Of a stretch of 64,000 bases of DNA, positions 29,184 to 37,261 are shown piece by piece; position 1 is the first letter of the stretch; every line of letters begins with the position of its first letter. This stretch comes from Alphaproteobacteria bacterium (GTDB taxonomy: Bacteria; Pseudomonadota; Alphaproteobacteria; JAJFIK01). Made by a program: the position numbers and the translations under genes. The DNA lies in NCBI GenBank assembly GCA_021774965.1, contig JAJFIL010000306.1, positions 10,741 to 74,740 on the forward strand. Direction: 5' to 3'. Below the pieces are notes generated by a model. It saw only the letters and a list, made by a program, of their open reading frames with translations. It did not search any database and was not told the DNA's origin.

Positions 29184-29917
29184 AGACCCTTACGGTACTT
29201 CAGCATACATCCGCAGAATACCTGGGCTTGCTGGAAGACCATTTCGAAGGTCGCCGCATTCGGTTCAATTATGTGCGCCCTTTTACCGAAGGCGTTACCA
29301 TTCCCAATCCACAAGTGATCGGCGATGGCCTTGTGCTTCTGGGCGGGGGGCCGTGGGGTTCTGCCGGAGGGCAAGTGGGTTCTGCAGGCGCGCGTGATGT
29401 TCCCACGTTGGAGAAAGAAGTCCTGGTCGCCAAAGCCTGTTTGATGATGGGCAAACCGATCATCGCTTTTGGGCTGGGGGCTCAAATCTTGTGTCTTGCC
29501 GCGGATGGCGGCGTTGAGGTGGCTCCGCTTGTCTTTGAAGCAGGTTTTGCAACCCGTACGGATGATGAGGCCCTAAACGGTTATTTACCGGCGCGCTTCC
29601 CCCATGTGACCTACATGCGGGATCGTCCGGTTCCGCCGGACTATGCGCAAATTCTTGCGGTCGATAGTCACAATCGCCCTGCGGTCTTTCAGATCGGCGA
29701 AAAGGCGTTTGGCTTTACCGGGCATCCCGGTTTCAAGCTGGCCATGGCTGAAGATTTGATCATGGAGTTTGAGGAGTGCCCGGAAGAGACCGCAAAACCC
29801 ATTTCCGAATTGAGGGAAATGAAGGGGGAAATCGAAGATGCGCTGGTCTCGATTATGACAGGCCTTGTCCAGAAAACCGGGCTTATGGACAGCTCAGACG
29901 ATAAGTCAAAATCCTAA
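29180..29917 (+). CDS. Class I glutamine-amidotransferase-like protein lacking the catalytic Cys and Glu
   Basis: 245 aa. The nucleophile-elbow position reads FGLGAQ (Leu where G-x-C-x-G has Cys). The HPE position reads FGFTGHPGF (Gly for Glu). GTGA start/stop overlap with the ligase gene. Confidence 0.7.
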   Translation: MKTLTVLQHTSAEYLGLLEDHFEGRRIRFNYVRPFTEGVTIPNPQVIGDGLVLLGGGPWGSAGGQVGSAGARDVPTLEKEVLVAKACLMMGKPIIAFGLGAQILCLAADGGVEVAPLVFEAGFATRTDDEALNGYLPARFPHVTYMRDRPVPPDYAQILAVDSHNRPAVFQIGEKAFGFTGHPGFKLAMAEDLIMEFEECPEETAKPISELREMKGEIEDALVSIMTGLVQKTGLMDSSDDKSKS

Positions 29918-29941
29918 ATGTGTAGGAAGGCGGTTGCTTAA

Positions 29942-29957
29942 ATTAGACTTGTCTAAT
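29942..29957. promoter_or_regulatory. Perfect 16-bp palindrome ATTAGACTTGTCTAAT upstream of dsrE3-shdr; candidate operator
   Basis: Read directly from the sequence. It lies in the 150-bp gap between the lipoate module and the shdr operon, about 110 bp before the dsrE3-like start. Confidence 0.35.
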
Positions 29958-30067
29958 AAACTACCCTGAGCGGGCGCAAATATCGCCTAATGCTCTGTAT
30001 TTTGGGCATTTTTTGAAATAATCAACGGCGCAAAAATGCGCTACTATTGACCGGGAGGTTGGGACAA

Positions 30068-30448
30068 ATGTCCAACAGCAAACTTGTAATTATTATGGCG
30101 AATACCAATCCATCTCACCGCGAAGAACTCGGGGCCCCTATTTTTCAGGCCACCGTCGCTGCTGCCATGGAATATGAAGTCGATGTGATCTGCACCGCCG
30201 CCTCTGGCATTCTGATGAAAGTAGGCGAAGCAGAAAAGCTGACCATCAAGGAAGGCTCCCCCAAGACCGTTTATGATTTTATCAAAGATGCTCATGAAGC
30301 GGGTGTGAAGTTTTACAGCTGCTCCCCCAATCTTGAACTTTTCGACATGGAACCTGGTGATTTGATCCCAGAGTGCGAAGGCCTTGTGGGTGGTGCGCAC
30401 CTGATCGAAATGGTCATGGAAGACGACTGCGAAGTTCTGACCTACTAA
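30068..30448 (+). CDS. DsrE-family sulfur-relay protein, DsrE3-type
   Basis: 126 aa from the ATG with a GGGAGG RBS. Begins MSNSKLVIIMANTN and has the conserved Cys in KFYSCSPN. First gene of the shdr operon. Confidence 0.8.
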   Translation: MSNSKLVIIMANTNPSHREELGAPIFQATVAAAMEYEVDVICTAASGILMKVGEAEKLTIKEGSPKTVYDFIKDAHEAGVKFYSCSPNLELFDMEPGDLIPECEGLVGGAHLIEMVMEDDCEVLTY

Positions 30449-30472
30449 GTCAGTTGAGATCTGAGGGACTGG

Positions 30473-31222
30473 ATGTCACACGCGACAACATCACGTAAGC
30501 AGGAACACATCGGCGATCCGGTATCGGACAAACCGCCGGTTTCCCGGGACAAGCTTGAGGAAATCTTCCAGGATATCCAGGCGGACCTGCGCTATGACTT
30601 CGAGCTCAATGGATGTTTGAACTGCGGCATCTGCACGGCAACGTGCCCCTCCGCTCACTATTACGATTACTCCCCTCGCGAGATTGTTCAACTTCTGTGG
30701 ACGGAGAATCTGGAAGGCATCTATGATGCCATGCAGGAAAAGATCTGGTCCTGCGCTCAGTGCTACACTTGCGCCGCGCGCTGCCCGTTTGGGAATTCCC
30801 CGGGCGGGCTGGTGATGTTGATGCGCGAAGTGGCCATCAAGCACGGGATGGAATCAGCCAAGAACGTGCTGCGTCCGTTCTCCCGCGTGATGCTGAAGCT
30901 GATCTCGACCGGCAACCAACTCTCCCCCGATATGATCAACCCGGATCACTTTGCCGACTGGGGCCCGAATATCTCGAAGATCGATGCGCCTCTTGCTGTC
31001 TTAAGACGCGCCATTCCCATGCCGACCCTGAACACGATCAAGACCGCCTGGGAAGTGAACCTGAAAACATCCGTGGAGCTTTACACCATCTGGGAAGCCA
31101 GCGGTGTTCTCGATCAGCTGGAGACGATCGATGAAGATCTCTTCGACGTCATTACCGACATCATGGATGAGAAACGTGAAGACTGGGACGATTTCCTGGA
31201 AGAGCAGGAAGACGAGGACTAA
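30473..31222 (+). CDS. hdrC1: sHdrC1, heterodisulfide-reductase-like FeS subunit C
   Basis: Two ferredoxin-type motifs, CLNCGICTATCP and CAQCYTCAARCP, and an acidic C-terminal tail. Confidence 0.85.
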   Translation: MSHATTSRKQEHIGDPVSDKPPVSRDKLEEIFQDIQADLRYDFELNGCLNCGICTATCPSAHYYDYSPREIVQLLWTENLEGIYDAMQEKIWSCAQCYTCAARCPFGNSPGGLVMLMREVAIKHGMESAKNVLRPFSRVMLKLISTGNQLSPDMINPDHFADWGPNISKIDAPLAVLRRAIPMPTLNTIKTAWEVNLKTSVELYTIWEASGVLDQLETIDEDLFDVITDIMDEKREDWDDFLEEQEDED

Positions 31223-31280
31223 GCCTCGACTAACCTGCCGTATCGGAAATTGAACTCACGAGTTGAGGAAGGAAGAGAAA

Positions 31281-32639
31281 ATGGACAACACCAAAGAACC
31301 CGGCGAACGCTTTACAGGCCATGGCTCCGAGTGGCGAGATTCCAATCTCAGTACGGAAGATGCCACCCGCGCTACAGCCTGGGTTGAGCAAAAGATCAAC
31401 AAACGCTCCATGCTCACCAACAAGGATCGCGTCCATGATGTTCGCGATATCATGTGGGACCTGGAAAAAGACGGCGAGATCGTCGTTCATCGGGTCAAGG
31501 ACGAGCATGAGCCCGTCATGGCCAAGACCCTTTATGGCTGGGACAAGAAAATCCCAACCAATCAGCTGTGGCATCACAAATCCTGCGGCCAGTGCGGCAA
31601 TATCCCGGGCTATCCGGCGTCTCTTCTGTGGCTGATGAACGAGCAAGGCACGCGCTATCTCGACGAGACGGATCAGACCTCGTGCACAGCGTGGAACTAT
31701 CACGGCTCAGGCATTGGCAACATCGTCAGCCTTGCCGCTGTCTTCCTGCGCAATTTCCACCAAGCTTATGTTTCAGCAAAAGCCGAAGGTCTCGACGAAG
31801 GCTATTACTATCCGCTGGTTCACTGCGGCACGTCTTTTGGCAACTACAAGGAAGTGCGCGAGTACCTGATGCATTCCGCCGAATTGCGCGAGCAGGTCAA
31901 AGTCATCTTGGGCAAGCTGGATCGTCTTGTGGACGGCAAGCTGCTGATCCCCGAAGAGATCGTGCATTATTCTGAGTGGACGCACGTCATGCGCCACAAG
32001 ATCGCGGAACGTCAGACAATCGACGCCTCAAACATCCGTGCCACCGTTCACTCTGCCTGTCACGTCTACAAGATGGTGCCGCAGGATGTGATCTATGATG
32101 ATGACGTGCTGGACGGCGAGCGGGTTGCTGTCTCCACCGGCATCATGGAAGCGCTTGGTGCTCAGGCCATCGACTATTCCACCTGGTATGATTGCTGCGG
32201 CTTTGGTTTCCGCCACATTATTTCCGAGCGGGAATTCACGCGCTCCTATGCCATTGATCGCAAGATCAAGGTCATGGTGGAAGAAGCCAACTCAGACGTT
32301 CTGATCGGTCACGATACAGGCTGCATTACCACGTTTGACAAGAACCAGTGGATCGGCAACGCCAAGGGCGAAAGCTACGATCTGCCGGTTCTCGCCGATG
32401 TACAGTTCGCAGCATTGGTGTGCGGCGCGCATCCATACAAGATTGTGCAGTCTCATTGGCATGCGTCATCGACAGAAAAACTGTTTGAAAAGCTCGGCAT
32501 AGATTGGCGGGCAAAGAAGGCAGAGTTTGAAGACTATCTGAAACAAATCGAGGCCGGTGGTGCGCAGGAGAATCTCTATGATCCTCGTCGCATGATCACT
32601 GGTGGCCCCGGATATCAAAAGATTGAACAGGTAAAATGA
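31281..32639 (+). CDS. hdrB1: sHdrB1, CCG-domain subunit
   Basis: About 452 aa from the ATG with a GAGGAAGGAAG RBS. CCG motif WYDCCGFGFRH. Confidence 0.85.
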   Translation: MDNTKEPGERFTGHGSEWRDSNLSTEDATRATAWVEQKINKRSMLTNKDRVHDVRDIMWDLEKDGEIVVHRVKDEHEPVMAKTLYGWDKKIPTNQLWHHKSCGQCGNIPGYPASLLWLMNEQGTRYLDETDQTSCTAWNYHGSGIGNIVSLAAVFLRNFHQAYVSAKAEGLDEGYYYPLVHCGTSFGNYKEVREYLMHSAELREQVKVILGKLDRLVDGKLLIPEEIVHYSEWTHVMRHKIAERQTIDASNIRATVHSACHVYKMVPQDVIYDDDVLDGERVAVSTGIMEALGAQAIDYSTWYDCCGFGFRHIISEREFTRSYAIDRKIKVMVEEANSDVLIGHDTGCITTFDKNQWIGNAKGESYDLPVLADVQFAALVCGAHPYKIVQSHWHASSTEKLFEKLGIDWRAKKAEFEDYLKQIEAGGAQENLYDPRRMITGGPGYQKIEQVK

Positions 32640-33685
32640 CGAAAACCGTTCTTGTTGTAGGGGGCGGGCCAGCCGGGCTGTCCACCGCTCACGCTCTGGC
32701 TCAGGCCGGTCAACATGTGACCCTCGTGGAAAAGGAAGATCGCCTCGGCGGTGCACCTATCCTTGATGGCTATGCCAAACTTGTTCCTTCCGGGGAATGG
32801 GCGAAGGATGCCATCGGCGGCATGGTGGATCGGGTGACCGACAATCCGAATGTCGATGTGCGACTGAACACCAAGGTGGACAAGTTCGACGGCGAGATCG
32901 GTAACTTCACCGCGGCCTTGTCCGACGGCCAGCAAGTCGAAGCGGCCTCAACGGTTCTCACCACCGGCTTTACTCACTTCGATAGCATCAACAAGCCCGA
33001 GTGGGGCTTTGGCATGTACCCCGACGTGGTCACCACCACGCAAGTAGAACAGATGATTTCTTCGGGCAACGGCGTGCGTCGTCCTTCCAATGGCGAAAAG
33101 CCAAAGCGCGTTGCCATCCTGTTGTGCGTGGGCTCCCGCGACCGGCAGATCGGCCGTGAGTGGTGCTCCAAGATCTGTTGCACCGTTTCTGCAAATCTGG
33201 CCATGGAAATTCGCGAAGAGCTGCCCGACTGCCACGTCTATGTCTATTACATGGACATCCGCACCTTCGGATTGTTGGAGACCAAATACTACTGGCGCTC
33301 TCAGGAAGAGTTCAAAGTTAAATACATCAAGGCACGGATCGCTGAGGTCACGTCAGACGGCGACAAGGTCATCGTCAAAGGCGAAGACACGCTTGTTAAA
33401 CGCCCCATCACCATTCCTTTTGACATGGTGGTGCATGCAATTGGTATGGACCCTAATGTGGACAACATGCTGATCTCCACGATCTTTGACGTGAAGCTGG
33501 AGCCAAACGGTTTTCTTGACCGGGAAAATTCCTATGCCGGCATGGGTGCAACAAACCGCCCCGGCGTTTTCGTTGCAGGCTCTGCCACTGGCCCTGAAAC
33601 CATTGACGACAGCATCGCCCAAGGTCAGGCGGCAGCTATCTCGGCACTGAACGTGGCGCGCGGCACAGCATCGGCAGCGGAGTAA
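32636..33685 (+). CDS. hdrA: sHdrA, short FAD/[4Fe-4S] flavoprotein
   Basis: 349 aa. Dinucleotide fold VLVVGGGPAGLS and cluster ligands CVGSRD ... WCSKICC. ATGA overlap with hdrB1. Confidence 0.9.
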   Translation: MTKTVLVVGGGPAGLSTAHALAQAGQHVTLVEKEDRLGGAPILDGYAKLVPSGEWAKDAIGGMVDRVTDNPNVDVRLNTKVDKFDGEIGNFTAALSDGQQVEAASTVLTTGFTHFDSINKPEWGFGMYPDVVTTTQVEQMISSGNGVRRPSNGEKPKRVAILLCVGSRDRQIGREWCSKICCTVSANLAMEIREELPDCHVYVYYMDIRTFGLLETKYYWRSQEEFKVKYIKARIAEVTSDGDKVIVKGEDTLVKRPITIPFDMVVHAIGMDPNVDNMLISTIFDVKLEPNGFLDRENSYAGMGATNRPGVFVAGSATGPETIDDSIAQGQAAAISALNVARGTASAAE

Positions 33686-33694
33686 CCAGCACCC

Positions 33695-34567
33695 ATGGCC
33701 TCGTTCTTCTCCAATCGCAACGCTCGGAGCACTGCCAAGACCCATGAGGTCCTGGAGCGCCCAACCCTCGACTTGAGCGGGCCGGCATTGAGCTATGCGT
33801 TGGAGCAATTAGGCGCGGGATGTGAAGCGGAAGGCGGCATCGACCGTTTTGTCATGGCGCTGAAACTGCGCGGTGATGCGTTCAAGGATATATTGCTGGA
33901 CAAGCCCATGGCAGACGTCACGGCGGAAGAGTTCGCTTCTTTGACGACCTTCATGCCAACGGTGCGCCGACGTATTGGACCCTATCTGGAACCACTTTTG
34001 TTTCCAAAACTCCAAAGTACCTTGGCGACGCTTCTTGAGGGCACCCACGAGCCCACCAAAGTAGACGCGCGTATAGAGGCGTTCTGTACGTCTTATCCAG
34101 CTGACAAGGCCCACCGCTGGGTCAGAGATCTGGCGGCAGAGGTTCTTCATGCGACAGATTCTGATCGCATCCCGCTTATGTGTCGCTGGGTCTGGAACGA
34201 GAAATCCAACACCGGCGTTTTGCGCGAGATTTGGCATGGAGATGTGGATGGCGAGACCATTCGCATCGCGGATAATTACGCGACCTTTGTGATGCTGCGC
34301 GAGGAGCTGTCCCAGTTTCTGACTTCCAAAGGCGTATTTCAGGAAGTGGCCTGCTATATCGATCTAATGTGCGCGCAGGTTTATGCCGAATACATTTCTG
34401 CGCAAGGCGGCAGCTATTTGCGGGCAGATTTTTCGGCGGCAGATGACCCCATGGCCCATGTGCGCCGCCTGTTGGGGCTTGATGGTGTGAAGGCCAAACT
34501 GAACGTAGACAACAATGACAGACAAAATGGTGCGAGTGAAATCACTGCGCTTGTTGAGGGGAGATAG
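33695..34567 (+). CDS. Conserved hypothetical protein embedded in the shdr operon (hyp)
   Basis: 290-aa clean ORF in the canonical position between shdrA and shdrC2. No recognisable cofactor motif. Confidence 0.7.
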   Translation: MASFFSNRNARSTAKTHEVLERPTLDLSGPALSYALEQLGAGCEAEGGIDRFVMALKLRGDAFKDILLDKPMADVTAEEFASLTTFMPTVRRRIGPYLEPLLFPKLQSTLATLLEGTHEPTKVDARIEAFCTSYPADKAHRWVRDLAAEVLHATDSDRIPLMCRWVWNEKSNTGVLREIWHGDVDGETIRIADNYATFVMLREELSQFLTSKGVFQEVACYIDLMCAQVYAEYISAQGGSYLRADFSAADDPMAHVRRLLGLDGVKAKLNVDNNDRQNGASEITALVEGR

Positions 34568-34573
34568 GGCTTA

Positions 34574-35359
34574 ATGCCTATCCATGAAAAAAGCCTGATC
34601 CGGCCAGAGGACCTTACGACCCACGATGATTTGGTCATCGATGGCATTGATGTGTCTGGCGACTGGAGCACCTTCATTAATACCCGCGTTGTGGCGGACT
34701 ACAATGAAGAGATGCAGGATGAAATCGCGGCCCTGCCCGGCGGGGAATACATTCATCGCTGCTGGCAATGTGGGTCTTGCACCAACGCATGCACCATCAA
34801 TGAGCTTAATCCTGATTTTAATCCACGGTACTGGATCTATTTGATCCGCATGGGATATGAATCCGAACTTCTGCGCGACAAGGACCTGATCTGGCAATGC
34901 GTGTCGTGCAATAAATGCACGTCTGCCTGTCCGCGCGATGTGGTGCCGGAAGGCGTCATGAAGGCGACTGCGCACTGGCTGGAGTTGAAAGGCCATACGG
35001 CGAAAACGCCGTCCACAGAGTTTGACGAAGAGTTCAGCCATCAGGTCTTCAAGACCGGCAAGATTGAAGATGGAGAGGTCTTCCTGGGCTTTTTCAAACG
35101 CACAGGCCAGAGCCCTTTTCAGGACTGGATTTTCCAGATGGGCAAGCAGTTGGCGTTCAAGTTTCCCATCACCATGTTGATCAAGATGGGCTGGGCAACC
35201 CTGTTCCACCCTCGCACCCGGAATTGGGGCCCGGCGCGCGATGCCATCAACGAATATATCGAAGAACAGGAAGCAGAGATCAGATTGACGCTCAAACTTG
35301 ATGAGCCCAAGCCTGCTGCCGACAAAGATCCCGCACCTACACAACAAGCGGCTGAATAG
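34574..35359 (+). CDS. hdrC2: sHdrC2
   Basis: Motifs CWQCGSCTNAC and CVSCNKCTSACP. Confidence 0.85.
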   Translation: MPIHEKSLIRPEDLTTHDDLVIDGIDVSGDWSTFINTRVVADYNEEMQDEIAALPGGEYIHRCWQCGSCTNACTINELNPDFNPRYWIYLIRMGYESELLRDKDLIWQCVSCNKCTSACPRDVVPEGVMKATAHWLELKGHTAKTPSTEFDEEFSHQVFKTGKIEDGEVFLGFFKRTGQSPFQDWIFQMGKQLAFKFPITMLIKMGWATLFHPRTRNWGPARDAINEYIEEQEAEIRLTLKLDEPKPAADKDPAPTQQAAE

Positions 35360-35370
35360 GACGAGTACAG

Positions 35371-36300
35371 ATGAGCGAAAAGAAATACAAAAGTGTTGCC
35401 TACTACCCCGGCTGTGCGCTGGAGGGAACGGGCCATGCCTATAACCGCTCTACCAAGGCCCTTGGCAAAACCCTTGGACTGAAACTTGACGAGGTCAAGA
35501 ATTGGAACTGTTGCGGGGCCATGGAAGTCAAGAACACGGACCCCAAGCTTCAGACCTATTTGTCGTCACGGGTGATGTCGATTGCTGCCAATGAGATGAA
35601 ACATGATGTGGTGATGGCGCCCTGCAATGGTTGTTATCATAATCTCAAAAAGGCGGAATACGATCTCACCAATGATGAGGACTCGCGCGCCGTCACCGCG
35701 CGTCTTTCAGAGAAAGCAGGCCATGAGACCTATAAGGCCGGGCAGATTGAAACCATCCACGCGCTGGATTGGATCAAGGATGCCATCGGTGAAGATGGTC
35801 TTCGCGAACGGGTGCGGAACTCCCTCAATGGTCTGAAGGTCGCGAACTACTACGGCTGCATGTACACGCGCCCTCGCCACATCTTCCCCGAAAAGGATCA
35901 GGGGGAGGGAAGTGAGTCGACCTCCAAGCCTCACTTCATGGATGATCTGCTGGAAGCTGCTGGCGCTGACAATGTGGACTTCGCCTTGAAGACAGCATGC
36001 TGTGGCGGTGCTCATACGCTTTCTGACTCAGATACGTCGACGAAACTGGTGCTGAATATTATTGAAGCGGCGGAAGAGTCCGGGGCCGAGGTGATTGCCA
36101 CCGAATGTCCGACCTGCCACACGGGACTTGAGATGCACCAGATTCGGGCCGAGAAGGTTCTGGGCCGAAAGACAAATGTGAAAATCGTCTATTTCACTCA
36201 ATTGCTGGGTCTGGCCATGGGGCTTTCCCCGCGCAAGGTGGGCCTGCAGGAAAATATCTCCAACTCCCATTCTCTGTTTAAAGCCAAGGGCATCGCATGA
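35371..36300 (+). CDS. hdrB2: sHdrB2, double CCG-domain subunit (probable catalytic noncubane FeS site)
   Basis: 309 aa. Motifs WNCCGAME, TACCGGAH and CPTCH. Confidence 0.88.
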   Translation: MSEKKYKSVAYYPGCALEGTGHAYNRSTKALGKTLGLKLDEVKNWNCCGAMEVKNTDPKLQTYLSSRVMSIAANEMKHDVVMAPCNGCYHNLKKAEYDLTNDEDSRAVTARLSEKAGHETYKAGQIETIHALDWIKDAIGEDGLRERVRNSLNGLKVANYYGCMYTRPRHIFPEKDQGEGSESTSKPHFMDDLLEAAGADNVDFALKTACCGGAHTLSDSDTSTKLVLNIIEAAEESGAEVIATECPTCHTGLEMHQIRAEKVLGRKTNVKIVYFTQLLGLAMGLSPRKVGLQENISNSHSLFKAKGIA

Positions 36301-36725
36301 AGACGCTCCAGGCCATTGAAGCTCAGATCGAAAGCTGGGAGCCAGACGTTGAAAACGCCGAGACCCAGGCGGCCGAGCTGTTGACGCTTGCCGAGACGAT
36401 ATTGGAAAACTGGCTTGTGGCCCATGAGCGCAACCCAAAGGACGAAGTGCGCGAGGGGTTTTACCTCCTGTCGCTGCACCGTCAGTCGGCCAAGGGCGAT
36501 CCCAGTTTCAATGCCTGCCGGGAGACCTGCCGGGAGTTGGCTTTTCGCTTCAATCTCATTAAAACGGATTCGGAAGCTGCGGAGACCGAGCAGCGCCTTG
36601 TGATGATGCGGCGACTTGCCCACCATCTGGTGTTGTTTGTTTCTGGTAAGCTGCAAGTCGCAGAGCTTGGCGAGTTTTGCTGTGCTTCGCGCCCGTTGCG
36701 ACAAACTGCGGAAACTCCGCGCTAA
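36297..36725 (+). CDS. Unassigned 142-aa protein between shdrB2 and lbpA
   Basis: ATGA overlap with the hdrB2 stop. Predicted helical. Cysteines occur in NACRETCRE (CX3C) and FCCAS. I do not recognise the family. Confidence 0.55.
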   Translation: MKTLQAIEAQIESWEPDVENAETQAAELLTLAETILENWLVAHERNPKDEVREGFYLLSLHRQSAKGDPSFNACRETCRELAFRFNLIKTDSEAAETEQRLVMMRRLAHHLVLFVSGKLQVAELGEFCCASRPLRQTAETPR

Positions 36726-36742
36726 TATAGGTGACCAAAACC

Positions 36743-37183
36743 ATGACTGATGTACGCGGATGCCACCTCGAAGATAGTCTTCTCTATGACGTGGAAAACC
36801 ACATCTGGTTCAAGGAGCTGGATGATGGAAAGGTGAAACTGGGCATGACCACAATCGCCACGGCCATGGCCGGTGAGATTGTAGCCTTTACCCCTAAAAA
36901 AGTTGGTCGTTCGGTTAAGGAGGGCAAATCCTGCGGCACCGTCGAATCAGGCAAATGGGTGGGACCAGCCAAATCTGCTGCTGCTGGTGAGGTTATCGAG
37001 GTCAATGAGGCGCTTGTGGCCAAGCCAAACATGGCTAATGAAGATCCGTATGATACGGGCTGGATGGTGATTTTGGCCCCGGAAAACTGGGATGCAGTCA
37101 AAGGCACGTTAACCCCAGGAACAGAAGTTGGCCCCAAATATGAGGCCAAAATGGAAGCTGACGGTTTCGAAGGTTGCGGATAG
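36743..37183 (+). CDS. lbpA: LbpA, GcvH-like lipoate-binding protein of the sHdr system
   Basis: GcvH fold length. The lipoyl-Lys context CGTVESGKWVGP fits the ESxKW type found in LbpA rather than glycine-cleavage H. AGGTGA RBS lies before the ATG at 36743. Confidence 0.85.
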   Translation: MTDVRGCHLEDSLLYDVENHIWFKELDDGKVKLGMTTIATAMAGEIVAFTPKKVGRSVKEGKSCGTVESGKWVGPAKSAAAGEVIEVNEALVAKPNMANEDPYDTGWMVILAPENWDAVKGTLTPGTEVGPKYEAKMEADGFEGCG

Positions 37184-37192
37184 TAATGGATT

Positions 37193-37221
37193 AGGCCACC
37201 ATGAAGTGCAGGGGGTGGCCT
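37193..37221 (+). terminator. Possible terminator hairpin after lbpA
   Basis: AGGCCACC-(13 nt)-GGTGGCCT followed by TTTAAGG. The U-tract is weak. Confidence 0.4.
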
Positions 37222-37261
37222 TTAAGGACACCTCTAATTTTATGAGTGAAGCGAGCGTCTG

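Noticed and set aside
34571-35347. 258-aa ORF on the minus strand
   Set aside because: It exactly mirrors shdrC2, which carries two ferredoxin Cys motifs. The antisense frame has none.
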